A DNA stretch of 41,887 nt from assembly GCA_043782525.1 (NCBI GenBank), contig JAYWAJ010000152.1, positions 1 to 41,887 on the forward strand, written 5' to 3'. The notes beneath the pieces are model-generated. The model was not told where the DNA came from. It ran no database searches and saw only the letters and a program-made list of their open reading frames with translations. Positions 10,033-26,296 of the stretch are shown here, one piece after another (position 1 is the stretch's first letter; each line of letters begins with the position of its first letter). The position numbers and the translations under genes were made by a program. The stretch is from Deltaproteobacteria bacterium (GTDB taxonomy: Bacteria; Myxococcota; Myxococcia; Myxococcales; 40CM-4-68-19).

Positions 10033-10517
10033 ATGGAACTGTTGCGGGTCTCCCAGGCCGGACCTTTGCTCGAAGAGGTGCGCGCGCTCTTTCTCGAGTA
10101 CGCGCGCGACCTGGGCTTCTCCCTCTGCTTCCAGGGATTCGACGAGGAGCTGTCGCAGCTTCCCGGCGCTTACGCCCCTCCGCGGGGAGCGCTGCTGCTC
10201 ATCAGGGGGCAGGGCTGCGTGGCGCTGCGGCCGCTCGACGCCGCGACCGCGGAGATGAAGCGCCTCTACGTGCGCCCCTCCGCCCGCGCCCGGGGCCTCG
10301 GGCGGGCGCTGGCGCAGGCGGCCATCGACGAGGCGCGCTCTCTCGGCTACGCGAGGGTGGTGCTCGACACCGTCGCCGGCACCATGGAAAAAGCCATCGC
10401 CCTGTACCGCCGGCTTGGCTTTCGCGAGATCGCGCCGTACTACGAGAACCCCATCCAGGGAGCCATCTACCTGGAACTGCAACTCCTGGAGCGGCACCTT
10501 CCGAAGCGGCAAATTCG

Positions 10518-10521
<4 letters not shown>
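10033..10521 (+). CDS. GNAT family N-acetyltransferase
   Basis: [18 protein letters not shown] acetyl-CoA motif; [10 protein letters not shown]. Confidence 0.93.
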
Positions 10522-11512
<991 letters not shown>

Positions 11513-11516
<4 letters not shown>

Positions 11517-11899
11517 AGATCGCGCTCCTCCTCTGTCTCGCCGCCTTGGCAGGCTGCAAGAAGCACGCGCAGCCCACGCTGCCGCAAATCGCCGACTCGA
11601 ACCAGATGGGCGGCGGCAGGACCGAGCTGCCCGAGGCCACCCTCATCCATTCCATCTACCGCTACACCGGGCACGCCAACCAGGTGCACTCCTTCTACGC
11701 GCCGGAGATGGAGAAGCGCGGCGCCCGGCGCGCGGGCGACACCTGGCAGGACGACAACCTCCAGCACCAGGGCGACTTCGGCATGAGCGGCTTCGCCACC
11801 GCGAAGGATCCCGGCCGGCCGGGCGTCTGGCTGGCCGTCCAGGAGTTGCCCGACGAGACCCGCATCGATGTCTGGGAGTCGGTCCCCAAGGCCCAATAG
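11513..11899 (+). CDS. Hypothetical lipoprotein (128 aa)
   Basis: [15 protein letters not shown] lipobox; ATGA overlap with mtnA stop. Confidence 0.8.
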
Positions 11900-11900
11900 C

Positions 11901-11930
11901 TTGACAGCGGCAGGGCTGGCCGAGTAGATC
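11901..11930 (+). promoter_or_regulatory. Sigma70-like promoter candidate for rplU-rpmA-obgE
   Basis: Perfect TTGACA at 11901, TAGATC 18 nt later. Confidence 0.55.
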
Positions 11931-12011
11931 GCCCGTTCCTTTCCGCGCCCAGCGGCGGGATTTCCCTGCCAGCCGGGCCCATCTCAAGGTGGAAAGATCA
12001 CGGAGTCAGAG

Positions 12012-12317
12012 ATGTACGCAGTGGTGAGGACAGGCGGAAAGCAGTACCGCGTCAAGGAGGGCGACCTCCTCAAGGTGGAGAAGCTCACCCAGGACGTCGG
12101 CGCCAAGATGGACCTCGAGGTGCTGCTGGTGGGCGCCGGCGCGGACGTGAAGGTGGGTACGCCGCTGCTCGACGGCGCCAAGGTCCAGGCAGAGATCGTC
12201 TCGCACGGCCTGCACCGCAAGCTCTGGCACTTCCGCACCCAGGAAGAGGGCTGGGACCGCATCCGCGGCCACCGCCAGCCGTACACCGAACTCAAGATCA
12301 CCGGCATCTCCGCCTAG
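12012..12317 (+). CDS. rplU: 50S ribosomal protein L21
   Basis: MYAVVRTGGKQYRV...GHRQPYT; upstream of rpmA. Confidence 0.98.
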   Translation: MYAVVRTGGKQYRVKEGDLLKVEKLTQDVGAKMDLEVLLVGAGADVKVGTPLLDGAKVQAEIVSHGLHRKLWHFRTQEEGWDRIRGHRQPYTELKITGISA

Positions 12318-12329
12318 GACGAGAGAGAC

Positions 12330-12602
12330 ATGGCACACAAAAAAGGGCAGGGCTCGTCCCGCAACGGACGCGATTCACCGGGGCAGCACCGCGGCATCAA
12401 GATCTACGGCGGCCAGGCCGTCGTTCCCGGCAACATCCTCGTGCGGCAGGTCGGCACCCGGGTGCATCCGGGCAAGAACGTCGGCATGGGCCGCGACTTC
12501 ACCATCTTCGCCGTCGCCGTGGGCACGGTGAAGTACCAGAAGGGCCGCGGCGACCGCGTCTACGTGCACGTGGAGCCGAAGACGGCCGAAGCCGAAGCCT
12601 AG
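12330..12602 (+). CDS. rpmA: 50S ribosomal protein L27
   Basis: [32 protein letters not shown]. Confidence 0.99.
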   Translation: MAHKKGQGSSRNGRDSPGQHRGIKIYGGQAVVPGNILVRQVGTRVHPGKNVGMGRDFTIFAVAVGTVKYQKGRGDRVYVHVEPKTAEAEA

Positions 12603-12603
12603 G

Positions 12604-12644
12604 CACCAGGCCTCAGGCCTCAGGGTTCGGTCGTGCCCGAGGCC
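12604..12644. repeat. Heptamer array A
   Basis: CACCAGG CCTCAGG CCTCAGG, 11-nt spacer, then inverted CCCGAGGCC. Confidence 0.75.
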
Positions 12645-12657
12645 CAAGAGGTGATCC

Positions 12658-13862
<1,205 letters not shown>

Positions 13863-13866
<4 letters not shown>

Positions 13867-14705
13867 GGAGGCGCCGGCCGCCGCGCGCCTGGCTCGGCAC
13901 GCCGGGCGCGCCGGACCCGGCCGAGCTGTCCGGCCCTGCCGGGCTGACGGCGGAGGTGTTGCGCGGCGACGGCGACTCCGGGCAGGACCCAGGCTCGCCG
14001 CTGCCCGAGGAGTCCGCTGCCCCGCCCGCTGGCGATTCCATCCCGCGGGTCCTTTCTCCTTCCGCCCGCGACTGGCGCTTCTACTGGTCGCTGCTGACGC
14101 CGGAGCGGCAGGCCCGCATCCTCGCCGTGGTCGAGGCGCGGCTGCGGAGCCTGACCGTCGTCCTCGACCGCCTCCTCGACCCGCACAACACCGCCGCCAT
14201 CCTCCGCACCAGCGAAGGCCTGGGCATCGCCCGGGCGCACATCGTCTCGCACGAGGAGCAGGACGCCCTCGCCCACCGCCGGGTCACGCAGGACGCGCAC
14301 AAGTGGCTCGACGTGGAGCTGCACGCCTCCGGCGCCTCCGCGGTGCAAGCGCTCAAGGCCCGCGGCTTCGAAGTCTGGGCGGGCCACCTCGACGACCGGG
14401 CGCTCCTCTACACCGCGCTGCCGGCCGACCGCCCGCTCGCCCTGCTGTTCGGAAACGAGCACCAGGGCCCCAGCCGCGAGACGCTCGCGGCCTGCACGGG
14501 CAGCTTCCGCATCCCCATGGCGGGCTTCACGCAGAGCTTCAACGTCTCGGTGGCGGCGGGCATGGCGCTCGCGCAGACAGCCCGCGCCCGCCGCGACTTC
14601 CTGCACGCCGCGGGAGATCTTCCGGCGCCAGAGCGCGTCCTCCTGCAAGAGCGCTTCACGTTGCTCGCCGCCAAGCTGGCCCGCCGCGTGAAGCCGGGCG
14701 CCTGA
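13863..14705 (+). CDS. trmH: TrmH/SpoU family RNA 2'-O-methyltransferase (start uncertain)
   Basis: DPHNTAAILRT, LFGNEHQG, IPMAGFTQSFNVSVA SPOUT motifs. Confidence 0.85.
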
Positions 14706-14721
14706 CCGGAGTCCAAGAGAC

Positions 14722-15366
14722 ATGCTCCTCCTCCTCGCCGTCCTCCTCGCCGCGCCCGCCCACAAGAAGGCCCCCGCCGCACCCGACCCGGGCCGCGCGC
14801 TGGCGGGGCGCGTGCAGGCCTTCTACGCGCACACCAAGGACTTCTCGGCCAGGTTCGACCAGCACTACACCTACCTCGCCATGGGCAAGGTCGAGGACTC
14901 GGCCGGCAGCGTGCAGGTGAAGAAGCCGGGCGCGGTCCGCTGGGACTACCAGAAGCCCGACCAGCGGACCCTCTTCGTGCAGGGCAAGACGCTCTGGATC
15001 TGGCGCCCCGAGGATCAGGAGGCGCAGGTGAAGCGCAACTTCGGCGGCGACCAGCTCTCGTCGGCGTTTACCTTTCTCTGGGGCAGGGGCGATCTGCTCA
15101 AGGAGTTCTCGCCCAAGGTGGTCGCCCAGCCCGCCGAGCTGCCCAAGGGCGACGCGCTGGAGCTGACGCCGGTGAAGCCGGTGGCGGGAGTGCAGAAGCT
15201 GCTCTTCGTGGTCGGCAAGGACGGGCAGGTGCTGGCGAGCGTCGTCACCAACCCGCAGGGCGACGTCAACCAGATCATCTTCAGCGAGGCCAAGGTCGAT
15301 CAGGGCCTGCCGGATTCGCTCTTCCACTTCGAGCCGCCCAAGGGCGCCTTCGTGCAGGAATTCTGA
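14722..15366 (+). CDS. lolA: Outer-membrane lipoprotein carrier LolA
   Basis: Signal peptide; FSARFDQ, KKPGAVRWDY, FHFEPPKG. Confidence 0.9.
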   Translation: MLLLLAVLLAAPAHKKAPAAPDPGRALAGRVQAFYAHTKDFSARFDQHYTYLAMGKVEDSAGSVQVKKPGAVRWDYQKPDQRTLFVQGKTLWIWRPEDQEAQVKRNFGGDQLSSAFTFLWGRGDLLKEFSPKVVAQPAELPKGDALELTPVKPVAGVQKLLFVVGKDGQVLASVVTNPQGDVNQIIFSEAKVDQGLPDSLFHFEPPKGAFVQEF

Positions 15367-15410
15367 GGGCGGCCCAAATGAAACCGGATCGCGATACAAG
15401 GCACTTCGCC

Positions 15411-17414
15411 ATGAAACGCATGTTCGCCGCGCTGCTGCTCCTCGCCTCCTGCACCTCTTCGCGCCAAAACCTGGTGGACCGCGAATCGCGGGCGCCTGCG
15501 GACGACTTCTTCCGCGCCCGCGCCGCGCTCGACGCCGGCCGGTTCGACGAGGCGGCGGACGGATTCGCCGCTTACTTGAAGGCGCATCCCCGCGGCGAGC
15601 AGGCCGACGAAGCGATGTACCGGCGGGGGCAGGCGCTGGCCCGGGCCGACCGGCTCGACGCGGCGCAGGTGGCGCTGCAGTCGTTCCTCGAGGAGCGGCC
15701 CACCTCGCGCTTCAAGGACCCCGCGGCGCTGGAGCTGCAGCTGGTGCAGGCCAGGCTCTCCAAGAACCAGGAAGCCGCCCAGTCCTTGCAGAAGTCGGTC
15801 GATGCGCAGCGCGAGCGCGAGAAGGCCGAGAGCGCGCCACACGGCGAGTCGCTGCGGGCGGCGGCGCAGGCTCTCGAAGGCGGCGGGCCGCAGGCAGGCT
15901 GGGACAGGGCCCTGGAAGAGGCGCCGGCGCAGGAGGTGGCGCGGCTGGTCGCCAGCCTCGACAAGAAGGCGAAGGCGTGGCCCGGGGCGGCGCTGCGGCT
16001 CGCCCGCATCCAGCTGCACACCGGAGATCGCGCTCATGCCGGGGAGCTGGCCTCCGAGATCCTCGCGGTCGAGGCGCAGGGCCCGGCCGCCGACGGGGCG
16101 CGGGCGCTCCAGCAGTCGCTGCAGGCTTCCACGCAGGTGAAGCCCGCGCTCATCGGCATCATCCTGCCGCTCACCGGCGACCTGAAGGGCTTCGCCGACC
16201 AGGCGCTCAACGGCATCGCGCTGACGCTCGACCTCCAGGGGCGGGGGCCGCTTCAAGTGCAGGTGGTGGACACCAAGGGCGAGCCCGACGCCGCCGCCGA
16301 CGCGGTCGAGCAGCTGGCGCAGGCGGGCGCCATCGCCATCCTCGGGCCGCTCGGCATCCAGGAAGGGCTGGCGGCGGCGACCCGGGCGCAGCAGCTGGGC
16401 GTGCCGCTCATCTCGCTCTCCCGCGCCGAGGGGCTGACCGCGCTGGGCGAGAACATCTTCCGCGACATGCCGACTTCCAGCGCGCAGGCCCGGGCCGTCG
16501 CCGACTACGCACAGAAGAAGCTCAACGCCCGCGCCTTCGGCATCCTCCAGCCCGACTCGTCCTACGGCGACGAGATGAGCCGCTACTTCTGGGACGCCGT
16601 CGACGCCGGCGGCGCGGAGATCCGCGGCTACGAGCACTACCCGCTGCGCACCACGACCTTCAAGCCCTTCATCCAGCGCCTGGTGGGACGCGCGCCGGAA
16701 GATCTGCAAGAGCGGCAGACGTACTCCGACGAGGCGGAGAAGATCGCCAAGGAGATCACCGACCCCTACCGCCGCCGCAAGGCGCTGGCCGCGCTCAAGG
16801 GCCAGCAGGCCCCGGTGGTCGACTTCGACGCGCTCTTCATCCCCGACAGCTCCCGCACCGTGCGCCTGATCGCCCCGGCCATCGCCGCCGAGGACGTCAT
16901 CACCGCCGGCTGCGACACCAAGGAGCTGGAGATCGTCAGGCGGACGACCAAGAACGACCAGCTGCGCACCGTGCAGCTGCTCGGGACCTCGCTGTGGGAT
17001 TCTGGCGATCTGGTCGACGAGCGGTCGGGCATCGCCCGCTACGTGCAGTGCGCCATCTTCGTCGACGTCTTCTTCCCGCAGTCGGACCGCCCGGCGACCA
17101 AGCGGTTCGTCGACGACTACGTGAATTCCTACCACCGCCAGCCGGGCTTCCTCGAGGCCCACGCCTTCGACGCCGCCGGGCTCTTGAAGAAGGCCCTCGA
17201 CGAGCGCCATCCGCAGACGCGCGCCGACCTGCGCGACGCGCTCTCGGGCCTGAAGAAGCCCTTCGAGGGCGCGGCGGGCGACACCCTCTTCGGCAAGGAC
17301 CGCGAGGCGCAGAAGCCCTTCTTCTGGCTCTGGATCAACCGCGGCACGATCCAGGAGTTCGACCCGGAGGGAACGCCGCCGGTGCCTCCCGCGGCCGCTC
17401 CGGTGAAGAAATAG
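15411..17414 (+). CDS. LpoA/LppC-like lipoprotein (TPR-like N-terminus plus periplasmic-binding-protein fold)
   Basis: MKRMFAALLLLASC lipobox; IGIILPLTG, AILGPL, FDALFIPD. Confidence 0.85.
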   Translation: MKRMFAALLLLASCTSSRQNLVDRESRAPADDFFRARAALDAGRFDEAADGFAAYLKAHPRGEQADEAMYRRGQALARADRLDAAQVALQSFLEERPTSRFKDPAALELQLVQARLSKNQEAAQSLQKSVDAQREREKAESAPHGESLRAAAQALEGGGPQAGWDRALEEAPAQEVARLVASLDKKAKAWPGAALRLARIQLHTGDRAHAGELASEILAVEAQGPAADGARALQQSLQASTQVKPALIGIILPLTGDLKGFADQALNGIALTLDLQGRGPLQVQVVDTKGEPDAAADAVEQLAQAGAIAILGPLGIQEGLAAATRAQQLGVPLISLSRAEGLTALGENIFRDMPTSSAQARAVADYAQKKLNARAFGILQPDSSYGDEMSRYFWDAVDAGGAEIRGYEHYPLRTTTFKPFIQRLVGRAPEDLQERQTYSDEAEKIAKEITDPYRRRKALAALKGQQAPVVDFDALFIPDSSRTVRLIAPAIAAEDVITAGCDTKELEIVRRTTKNDQLRTVQLLGTSLWDSGDLVDERSGIARYVQCAIFVDVFFPQSDRPATKRFVDDYVNSYHRQPGFLEAHAFDAAGLLKKALDERHPQTRADLRDALSGLKKPFEGAAGDTLFGKDREAQKPFFWLWINRGTIQEFDPEGTPPVPPAAAPVKK

Positions 17415-17415
17415 G

Positions 17416-17526
17416 CCTCAGGCGTCAGGCCTCAGGCCTCAGGCAGGCTTCAGGCCAGGCATCAGGCTTCAGGTATCTCGACTGGCTTCGCTGCTGCGGG
17501 CCTGAAGCCTGAGGCCTGAAGCCTGA
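17416..17526. repeat. Heptamer array B with inverted arms
   Basis: Nine CNTCAGG-type units (two truncated) 17416-17473, 27-nt spacer, then reverse-complement units CCTGAAG CCTGAGG CCTGAAG CCTGA 17501-17526. Confidence 0.95.
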
Positions 17527-17547
17527 TTCATGACTAGACTTCCACCG

Positions 17548-18744
17548 ATGCCCAAGATGATCGTCTTCCCTTTCACCGTCTCCCTCGATGGCTCGGGACG
17601 GATGCTCGACCAGGCGCAGGGCGTCTACGCCCGCTCGCTCGCGCGCATGCTGGCGGAGCGCCTCACCGCGCCGCCCAACCTCGCTGCCAACCTGGCGACG
17701 CTGACCGCCGACGGCCCCCTCGACGGCGAGAATGGCGCCGAGGGCCACGGCTGGATCGTCGCCTCGCAGCCCTGGACGCTGGACGAGGCCTGCCACATCG
17801 GCCTGCCGGAAGGGACCGAGTACCTGCTGCACGGATCGGCGGAGCTGACCGACCGCGTGCGCATCCGCATCCTCCTGGTCGACTCGCCCGAGCACAAGCT
17901 GGCGCTCGACCACGTCGTCATCCGCCCGCGCAACGAGCTCTTCTCGGCGCTGGACGAGGCCGCCCGGGAGATCGCCCGCGCGCTGGGCGAGGCGGCGCCG
18001 GAAGGGCCCTGGCCGACCCGCGACGTCGAGGCCTTCGTCGCCTACCTGCGCGGCCGCGACATGAGCGCCGCGCACGAGGCGGGCGTGAAGGTCCCCGACC
18101 CCAAGAAGAGCTTCGATCCGTATCTCGAGGCGGCGCGGCGCGACCCGCACTTCACCGACGCGCAGGACCGCATGCTGGCGCTGGCGCTCGACTTCGCGCT
18201 GGGCGGACAGGGCCCGGTGGCGGTGGCGCGCGAAGGCTGCGAGAAGCTGCTCGCCATCGACCCTTTGGCGCACAAGGCGCACGTGACCCTGGCGGAGATG
18301 GACCTGGCCGAGGGCGATCCGGTGGCGGCGGAGGCGCGCCTGCGCAAGGCGCTCCTCTTGCAGCCCGACTGGTCGCCGGGCTTCGAGCGGCTGGGCACGG
18401 CGCTGACGCGGCAGGAGCGCTACGCGGAGGCGATCCCCTGGTTCCAGAAGGCGCTGGTCGAGCGCGGCGACGACAGCGACGCGCTGCAGGGCCTCGGCGT
18501 CGCGCTGGCGGAGTGCGGCCACCTCGACGGCGCGGTCCGCTGCTGGATGGCGACGCTCGGGCTCGGGGTGCGGTCCTTCCAGCTGCACGACAACCTCGCC
18601 AAGGTCTACGCGCTGCTCGGCCGTCATGGGGAGGCCCGCGCGCAACGCGCCCTCTCGCGCCAGCTGCAGGGCAAGCCGCGTTTGGGCCTTTACCTCTTCC
18701 GCGAGGCGTGGGAATGGCTCTCGCGTGGATCCGGCCCCCGCTGA
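17548..18744 (+). CDS. Tetratricopeptide repeat protein
   Basis: C-terminal TPR-like repeats (AEARLRKALLLQPD, YAEAIPWFQKAL); ATG 17548 preferred over 17530. Confidence 0.8.
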   Translation: MPKMIVFPFTVSLDGSGRMLDQAQGVYARSLARMLAERLTAPPNLAANLATLTADGPLDGENGAEGHGWIVASQPWTLDEACHIGLPEGTEYLLHGSAELTDRVRIRILLVDSPEHKLALDHVVIRPRNELFSALDEAAREIARALGEAAPEGPWPTRDVEAFVAYLRGRDMSAAHEAGVKVPDPKKSFDPYLEAARRDPHFTDAQDRMLALALDFALGGQGPVAVAREGCEKLLAIDPLAHKAHVTLAEMDLAEGDPVAAEARLRKALLLQPDWSPGFERLGTALTRQERYAEAIPWFQKALVERGDDSDALQGLGVALAECGHLDGAVRCWMATLGLGVRSFQLHDNLAKVYALLGRHGEARAQRALSRQLQGKPRLGLYLFREAWEWLSRGSGPR

Positions 18745-19708
18745 GACTGAACGGCTGCTGCCGCTGCCCGCCCCGGGGACGCTGGGCTCGCGCCGGCCGC
18801 CCTGGCTCAACATCCTGCTCTTCGTCCTGACGTTCGCCTCGGCCTTCGCCTCCGGCAGCGTCCTCACCGACACGCAGCTTCCCAAGCCGACCCAGGCCGA
18901 GATGCTGCAGCACGGCCTCGGCTTCGCCGCCGCGCTGCTCTTCATCATGCTCGCTCACGAGATGGGCCACTTCGTGCTCGCGCGCCGGCACCAGGTCGAC
19001 GCCACCTGGCCCTTCTTCATCCCGGCGCCGCTGCTCTCGGTGATCGGCACCCTGGGCGCCGTCATCCGGCTGCGCTCCTTGCCGCGCACCCGCAAGGCGC
19101 TCCTCGACATCGGAGCGGCCGGGCCGCTGGCCGGCTTCGCCGCGACGATTCCGGTCTTGATTTGGGGACTGAAGCTCTCGACGGTGGTCCCCGCCGAGCC
19201 CGACACGCCCCGCTGGTCGCTCTTCGAGGCCGGCCTCACCTGGTACCAGTCGGGGCGCTGGCCACCCCTGCGCGAGGCCTTCGACCTGGGCACGCCGCTG
19301 GGGATGGCGCTGTGCGAGAAGCTGGTCATCGGCGACCTGCCCGCCGGCATGGGCCTGGCGCTGCACCCCATCGCGGTGGCGGGCTGGTTCGGCTTCTTGC
19401 TCACGGCGCTGAACCTCTTGCCCCTCGGGCAGCTCGACGGCGGGCACGTGCTCTTCGGCGCCTCGCCGCGGCTGCACCGGCTGCTCGGTCCGCCCCTCTC
19501 GGCGGCGCTCCTCGGCCTCGGCGTCTTCACCGCCTTTCCGGGCTGGATCCTCTGGGGGCTGGTCATGGGCCTCGGGCTGGGCGTCCACCCGCCGCTGGAG
19601 GAGCCGGAGGACCGCCTGGACGGCCCCCGCCGCGCCCTGGTGGCCTTGAGCGTCCTCCTGCTGGTGCTGTCGTTTTCGCCGGTGCCGCTGGCCCTGCTCG
19701 CGGGGTAG
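18725..19708 (+). CDS. Site-2 protease (M50) intramembrane metalloprotease
   Basis: HEMGH, DIGAAGPLAG, NLLPLGQLDGGH, multiple TM helices; GTG start approximate. Confidence 0.92.
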   Translation: MDPAPAETERLLPLPAPGTLGSRRPPWLNILLFVLTFASAFASGSVLTDTQLPKPTQAEMLQHGLGFAAALLFIMLAHEMGHFVLARRHQVDATWPFFIPAPLLSVIGTLGAVIRLRSLPRTRKALLDIGAAGPLAGFAATIPVLIWGLKLSTVVPAEPDTPRWSLFEAGLTWYQSGRWPPLREAFDLGTPLGMALCEKLVIGDLPAGMGLALHPIAVAGWFGFLLTALNLLPLGQLDGGHVLFGASPRLHRLLGPPLSAALLGLGVFTAFPGWILWGLVMGLGLGVHPPLEEPEDRLDGPRRALVALSVLLLVLSFSPVPLALLAG

Positions 19709-19716
19709 AAGAAGGC

Positions 19717-21780
<2,064 letters not shown>

Positions 21781-21801
21781 GGTCGGCGGTCTGGAGCTTG
21801 A

Positions 21802-24204
21802 ATGGACGAGCAGGAACCCTTCGACATCCCCGACGTGCTGCCGCTGCTCCCGGTGCGCGACGTGGTGGTGTTTCCGGCCCAGGTGGTGCCGCTCTTCGTC
21901 TCGCGGGAGATCTCGCTCTCCGCCGTCGAGCACGCGCTGGCCCACGAGCGGCTGCTCTTCGTGGTCGCCCAGAAGGACTCCAGCGCGGACGCGCCCGAGG
22001 TGCCGGCCGGCCTCTTCAACCTCGGCACCTGCTCGCTCATCCTGCGCCAGCGGAAGCTCCCCGACGGGCGCATCAAGGTGCTGGTGCAGGGCCTCGTCAA
22101 GGCGACGCTGGAAGAGGTGGTCGAGCTGCAGCCGTGCACGCGGGCGCGGCTGCGCAAGATCCACGAGCTGCCCTACGACGGGCAGGGCCAGGCGGCGCTC
22201 GAGGCGGAAGCGCTCTGCCGCAGCGTGAAGATGCACCTCGAGAAGCTGATCGCCACCGGGCGCGGCATCTCGCCTGAGCATCTGCTGGTCCTCTCGGGCG
22301 TCACCGATCCCGGCCGCCTCGCCGACCTCTGCGCCGCAAGCCTCGCGCTCAAGCCCGCCGAGGCGCAGGAGCTGCTCGAGCTGCTCGATCCGATGGCGCG
22401 CCTGCGCCGCATCCACGACCGGATCGCCCGCGAGTCGCAGGTGCTGGCCATGCAGGCGCGCCTGCAGAGCCAGGCCAAGGAGGAGATCAACCGCACCCAG
22501 CGCGAGTACTACCTGCGCGAGCAGCTGCGGCAGATCCAGCACGAGCTGGGCGAGCGCGACGAGAAGGTCGACCTGGTGGCCGAGCTGCGCGGCAAGATGA
22601 CCGCGGCGCAGCTGCCGCCGCCCGCCGCCGCCGAGGCGGGCAAGGAGCTGCGCCGGCTCGAGGGCATGAGCCTCGAATCGGCAGAGGGCGCCGTGCTGCG
22701 CAGCCACCTGGAGTGGATCTGCGAATTGCCCTGGGCCAGGCACACCGACGACAAGCTCGACCTGGCCGAGGCGCGGCGCATCCTCGACGAAGACCACCAC
22801 GGCCTCGCCCGGGTGAAGGAGCGGATCCTGGAGGTGCTGGGCGTCCGCAAGCTGAAGCCGGAGGGGAAAAGCCCGATCCTGCTCTTTCTTGGCCCGCCCG
22901 GCGTGGGCAAGACCTCGCTGGCCCGCAGCATCGCCCGGGCCATGGGCCGCAGCCTCGCCCGCGTCTCGCTGGGCGGCGTGCGCGACGAAGCGGAGATCCG
23001 CGGCCACCGCCGCACCTACGTCGGCGCGCTGCCGGGGCGGATCCTCATGGGCATCAAGCAGGCCGGGACGCAGAACCCGGTCTTCGTGCTCGACGAGATC
23101 GACAAGCTCGGCTCCGACGTCCGCGGCGATCCCTCCTCGGCGCTCCTGGAGGTGCTGGACCCCGAGCAGAACCACGCCTACCGCGACCACTACCTCAACC
23201 TCGAGTTCGATCTCTCCCGCGTCTTCTTCATCGCCACGGCGAACACCCTGGACGGCATCCCGCCGGCGCTGCGCGACCGGATGGAGATCATCGAGCTGTC
23301 CGGCTACTCCGAGGAGGAGAAGCTGGCCATCGCCCGGCAGCACCTCCTGCCGCGGCAGCGCGAGGAGCACGGCCTGACCGCGCAGCAGCTGGAGCTGCCG
23401 GTGCCGACGCTGGCGGCGCTGGTGGGCAGCTACACCCGGGAGGCCGGCGTGCGCGAATTGACCCGGGAGCTGGCGGCGGTGTGCCGCAAGATCGCGCTGC
23501 AGATCGCCGAGGGGAAGCTCGAGCGGGCCACCGTCGAGCCCCCGGATCTGCAGGCGCTCCTGGGCGTGTCGCGCTTCGACCCCGTCTCCGCCGAGCTGGA
23601 GGAGACGGTGGGGGCCGCCACCGGGCTCGCCTGGACGCCGTGGGGCGGCGAGGTGCTCCGCGTCGAGGTGACGGCGATGCGGGCCGGCCGCTCTCGCGGG
23701 CTGATCCTCACCGGGCAGCTGGGGTCGGTGATGCAGGAGAGCGCGCAGGCGGCGCTCTCGTACGTCCGCTCGCGGGCGACCGGCTGGGGCGTGGCGGCCG
23801 ACTTCTTCGACCAGCACGATCTCCACCTGCACGTGCCCGCCGGCGCCATCCCCAAGGACGGGCCCAGCGCCGGCACCACCATGGCGGCAGCGCTCGCTTC
23901 CTTGCTCACCGGGCGGCCTTGCAGGCGCACCGCCGCCATGACCGGCGAGATCACCCTGCGTGGAAGGATCTTGGCGGTGGGAGGCGTTCGGGAGAAACTG
24001 CTGGCCGCCGCCCGAGCGGGGGTGGAGCTGGTCTGCATTCCACAGGGAAATGCGCGGGAGCTGCCGGAGCTGCCCGCCTCGCTGAAGCGGAAACTCGAGA
24101 TCGTTCCGATCTCGACGCTGGACGATCTCTTCGCCCGGATTCTTCTGGGCGGAGCGCCGGTGGACGGTGCGAAGGCCCGCGTGGCCATCGCAACCGCGGG
24201 GTGA
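21802..24204 (+). CDS. lon: ATP-dependent Lon protease
   Basis: LPLLPVRD N-domain, [35 protein letters not shown] and EKLLAA catalytic dyad. Confidence 0.97.
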   Translation: MDEQEPFDIPDVLPLLPVRDVVVFPAQVVPLFVSREISLSAVEHALAHERLLFVVAQKDSSADAPEVPAGLFNLGTCSLILRQRKLPDGRIKVLVQGLVKATLEEVVELQPCTRARLRKIHELPYDGQGQAALEAEALCRSVKMHLEKLIATGRGISPEHLLVLSGVTDPGRLADLCAASLALKPAEAQELLELLDPMARLRRIHDRIARESQVLAMQARLQSQAKEEINRTQREYYLREQLRQIQHELGERDEKVDLVAELRGKMTAAQLPPPAAAEAGKELRRLEGMSLESAEGAVLRSHLEWICELPWARHTDDKLDLAEARRILDEDHHGLARVKERILEVLGVRKLKPEGKSPILLFLGPPGVGKTSLARSIARAMGRSLARVSLGGVRDEAEIRGHRRTYVGALPGRILMGIKQAGTQNPVFVLDEIDKLGSDVRGDPSSALLEVLDPEQNHAYRDHYLNLEFDLSRVFFIATANTLDGIPPALRDRMEIIELSGYSEEEKLAIARQHLLPRQREEHGLTAQQLELPVPTLAALVGSYTREAGVRELTRELAAVCRKIALQIAEGKLERATVEPPDLQALLGVSRFDPVSAELEETVGAATGLAWTPWGGEVLRVEVTAMRAGRSRGLILTGQLGSVMQESAQAALSYVRSRATGWGVAADFFDQHDLHLHVPAGAIPKDGPSAGTTMAAALASLLTGRPCRRTAAMTGEITLRGRILAVGGVREKLLAAARAGVELVCIPQGNARELPELPASLKRKLEIVPISTLDDLFARILLGGAPVDGAKARVAIATAG

Positions 24205-24210
24205 CGAGAA

Positions 24211-24891
24211 GTGCAGTTCAACACGGGGCAACGCGAGCTGACGCTGAAGATCGTCTACTACGGCCCCGGTTTGTCCGGGAAGACGACCAACCTGCGCGCG
24301 CTCTACCAGCGGGTCCAGCCGCACCTGCGCGGGCATCTGATGACGCTCGACACCGCCGACGACCGCACCCTCTTCTTCGACACGCTGCCGCTCGTCTTCC
24401 GCGCCGGAAACCTCAAGGTCAAGCTCAAGCTGTTCACGGTGCCGGGGCAGGTGATGCACAACTCCACCCGCCGCATCGTGCTGCAGGGCGCCGACGCCAT
24501 CGCCTTCATCGCCGACAGCCAGCCGTCGAAGCGGCAGGAGAACTACAAGTACTGGCTCAACATGGTGGAAAATCTCAAAGCCAACGGCCTTTCCATTGAG
24601 ACGTTGCCCAACGTGGTGCAGTGGAACAAGAAGGACCTGGGCGACGCCACCACCGTGGACGCCATCAGCAAGATGCGGCAGGAGAACAAGCAGCCCGTCT
24701 ACGAGGCCATCGCGGTGCGCGGCGAGGGTGTCGTGGAGACCTTCCTCGGTCTCGTCGACCTCACCTTTGGCCAGATCGACAAGCACTACCTGCTCTCCGA
24801 CAAGCTGGGCTTGGACCGGCGGCAGTTCGTCGAGGAGGTTAGAAGGTGCCTGGTGGATCTGCCGATCGACGAGAAGGGTGAGACCATCTAA
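24211..24891 (+). CDS. MglA-family small GTPase (SofG-like paralogue)
   Basis: KIVYYGPGLSGKTTNL, DRTLFFD, FTVPGQ, WNKKD. Confidence 0.92.
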   Translation: MQFNTGQRELTLKIVYYGPGLSGKTTNLRALYQRVQPHLRGHLMTLDTADDRTLFFDTLPLVFRAGNLKVKLKLFTVPGQVMHNSTRRIVLQGADAIAFIADSQPSKRQENYKYWLNMVENLKANGLSIETLPNVVQWNKKDLGDATTVDAISKMRQENKQPVYEAIAVRGEGVVETFLGLVDLTFGQIDKHYLLSDKLGLDRRQFVEEVRRCLVDLPIDEKGETI

Positions 24892-24892
24892 C

Positions 24893-26295
<1,403 letters not shown>

Positions 26296-26296
<1 letters not shown>

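Noticed and set aside
12200-12317. Acidic L21 loop (FRTQEEGWDRIRG) instead of the usual Lys/Arg-rich hairpin
   Set aside because: A similar EGW variant is, from memory, typical of myxobacterial L21; treated as a lineage marker
14722-15366. lolA separated from ftsK
   Set aside because: The ftsK-lolA adjacency is not universal; no breakpoint evidence in the sequence
17416-17526. Possible CRISPR array
   Set aside because: Units are 7 nt and tandem, no regularly spaced unique spacers, no cas genes
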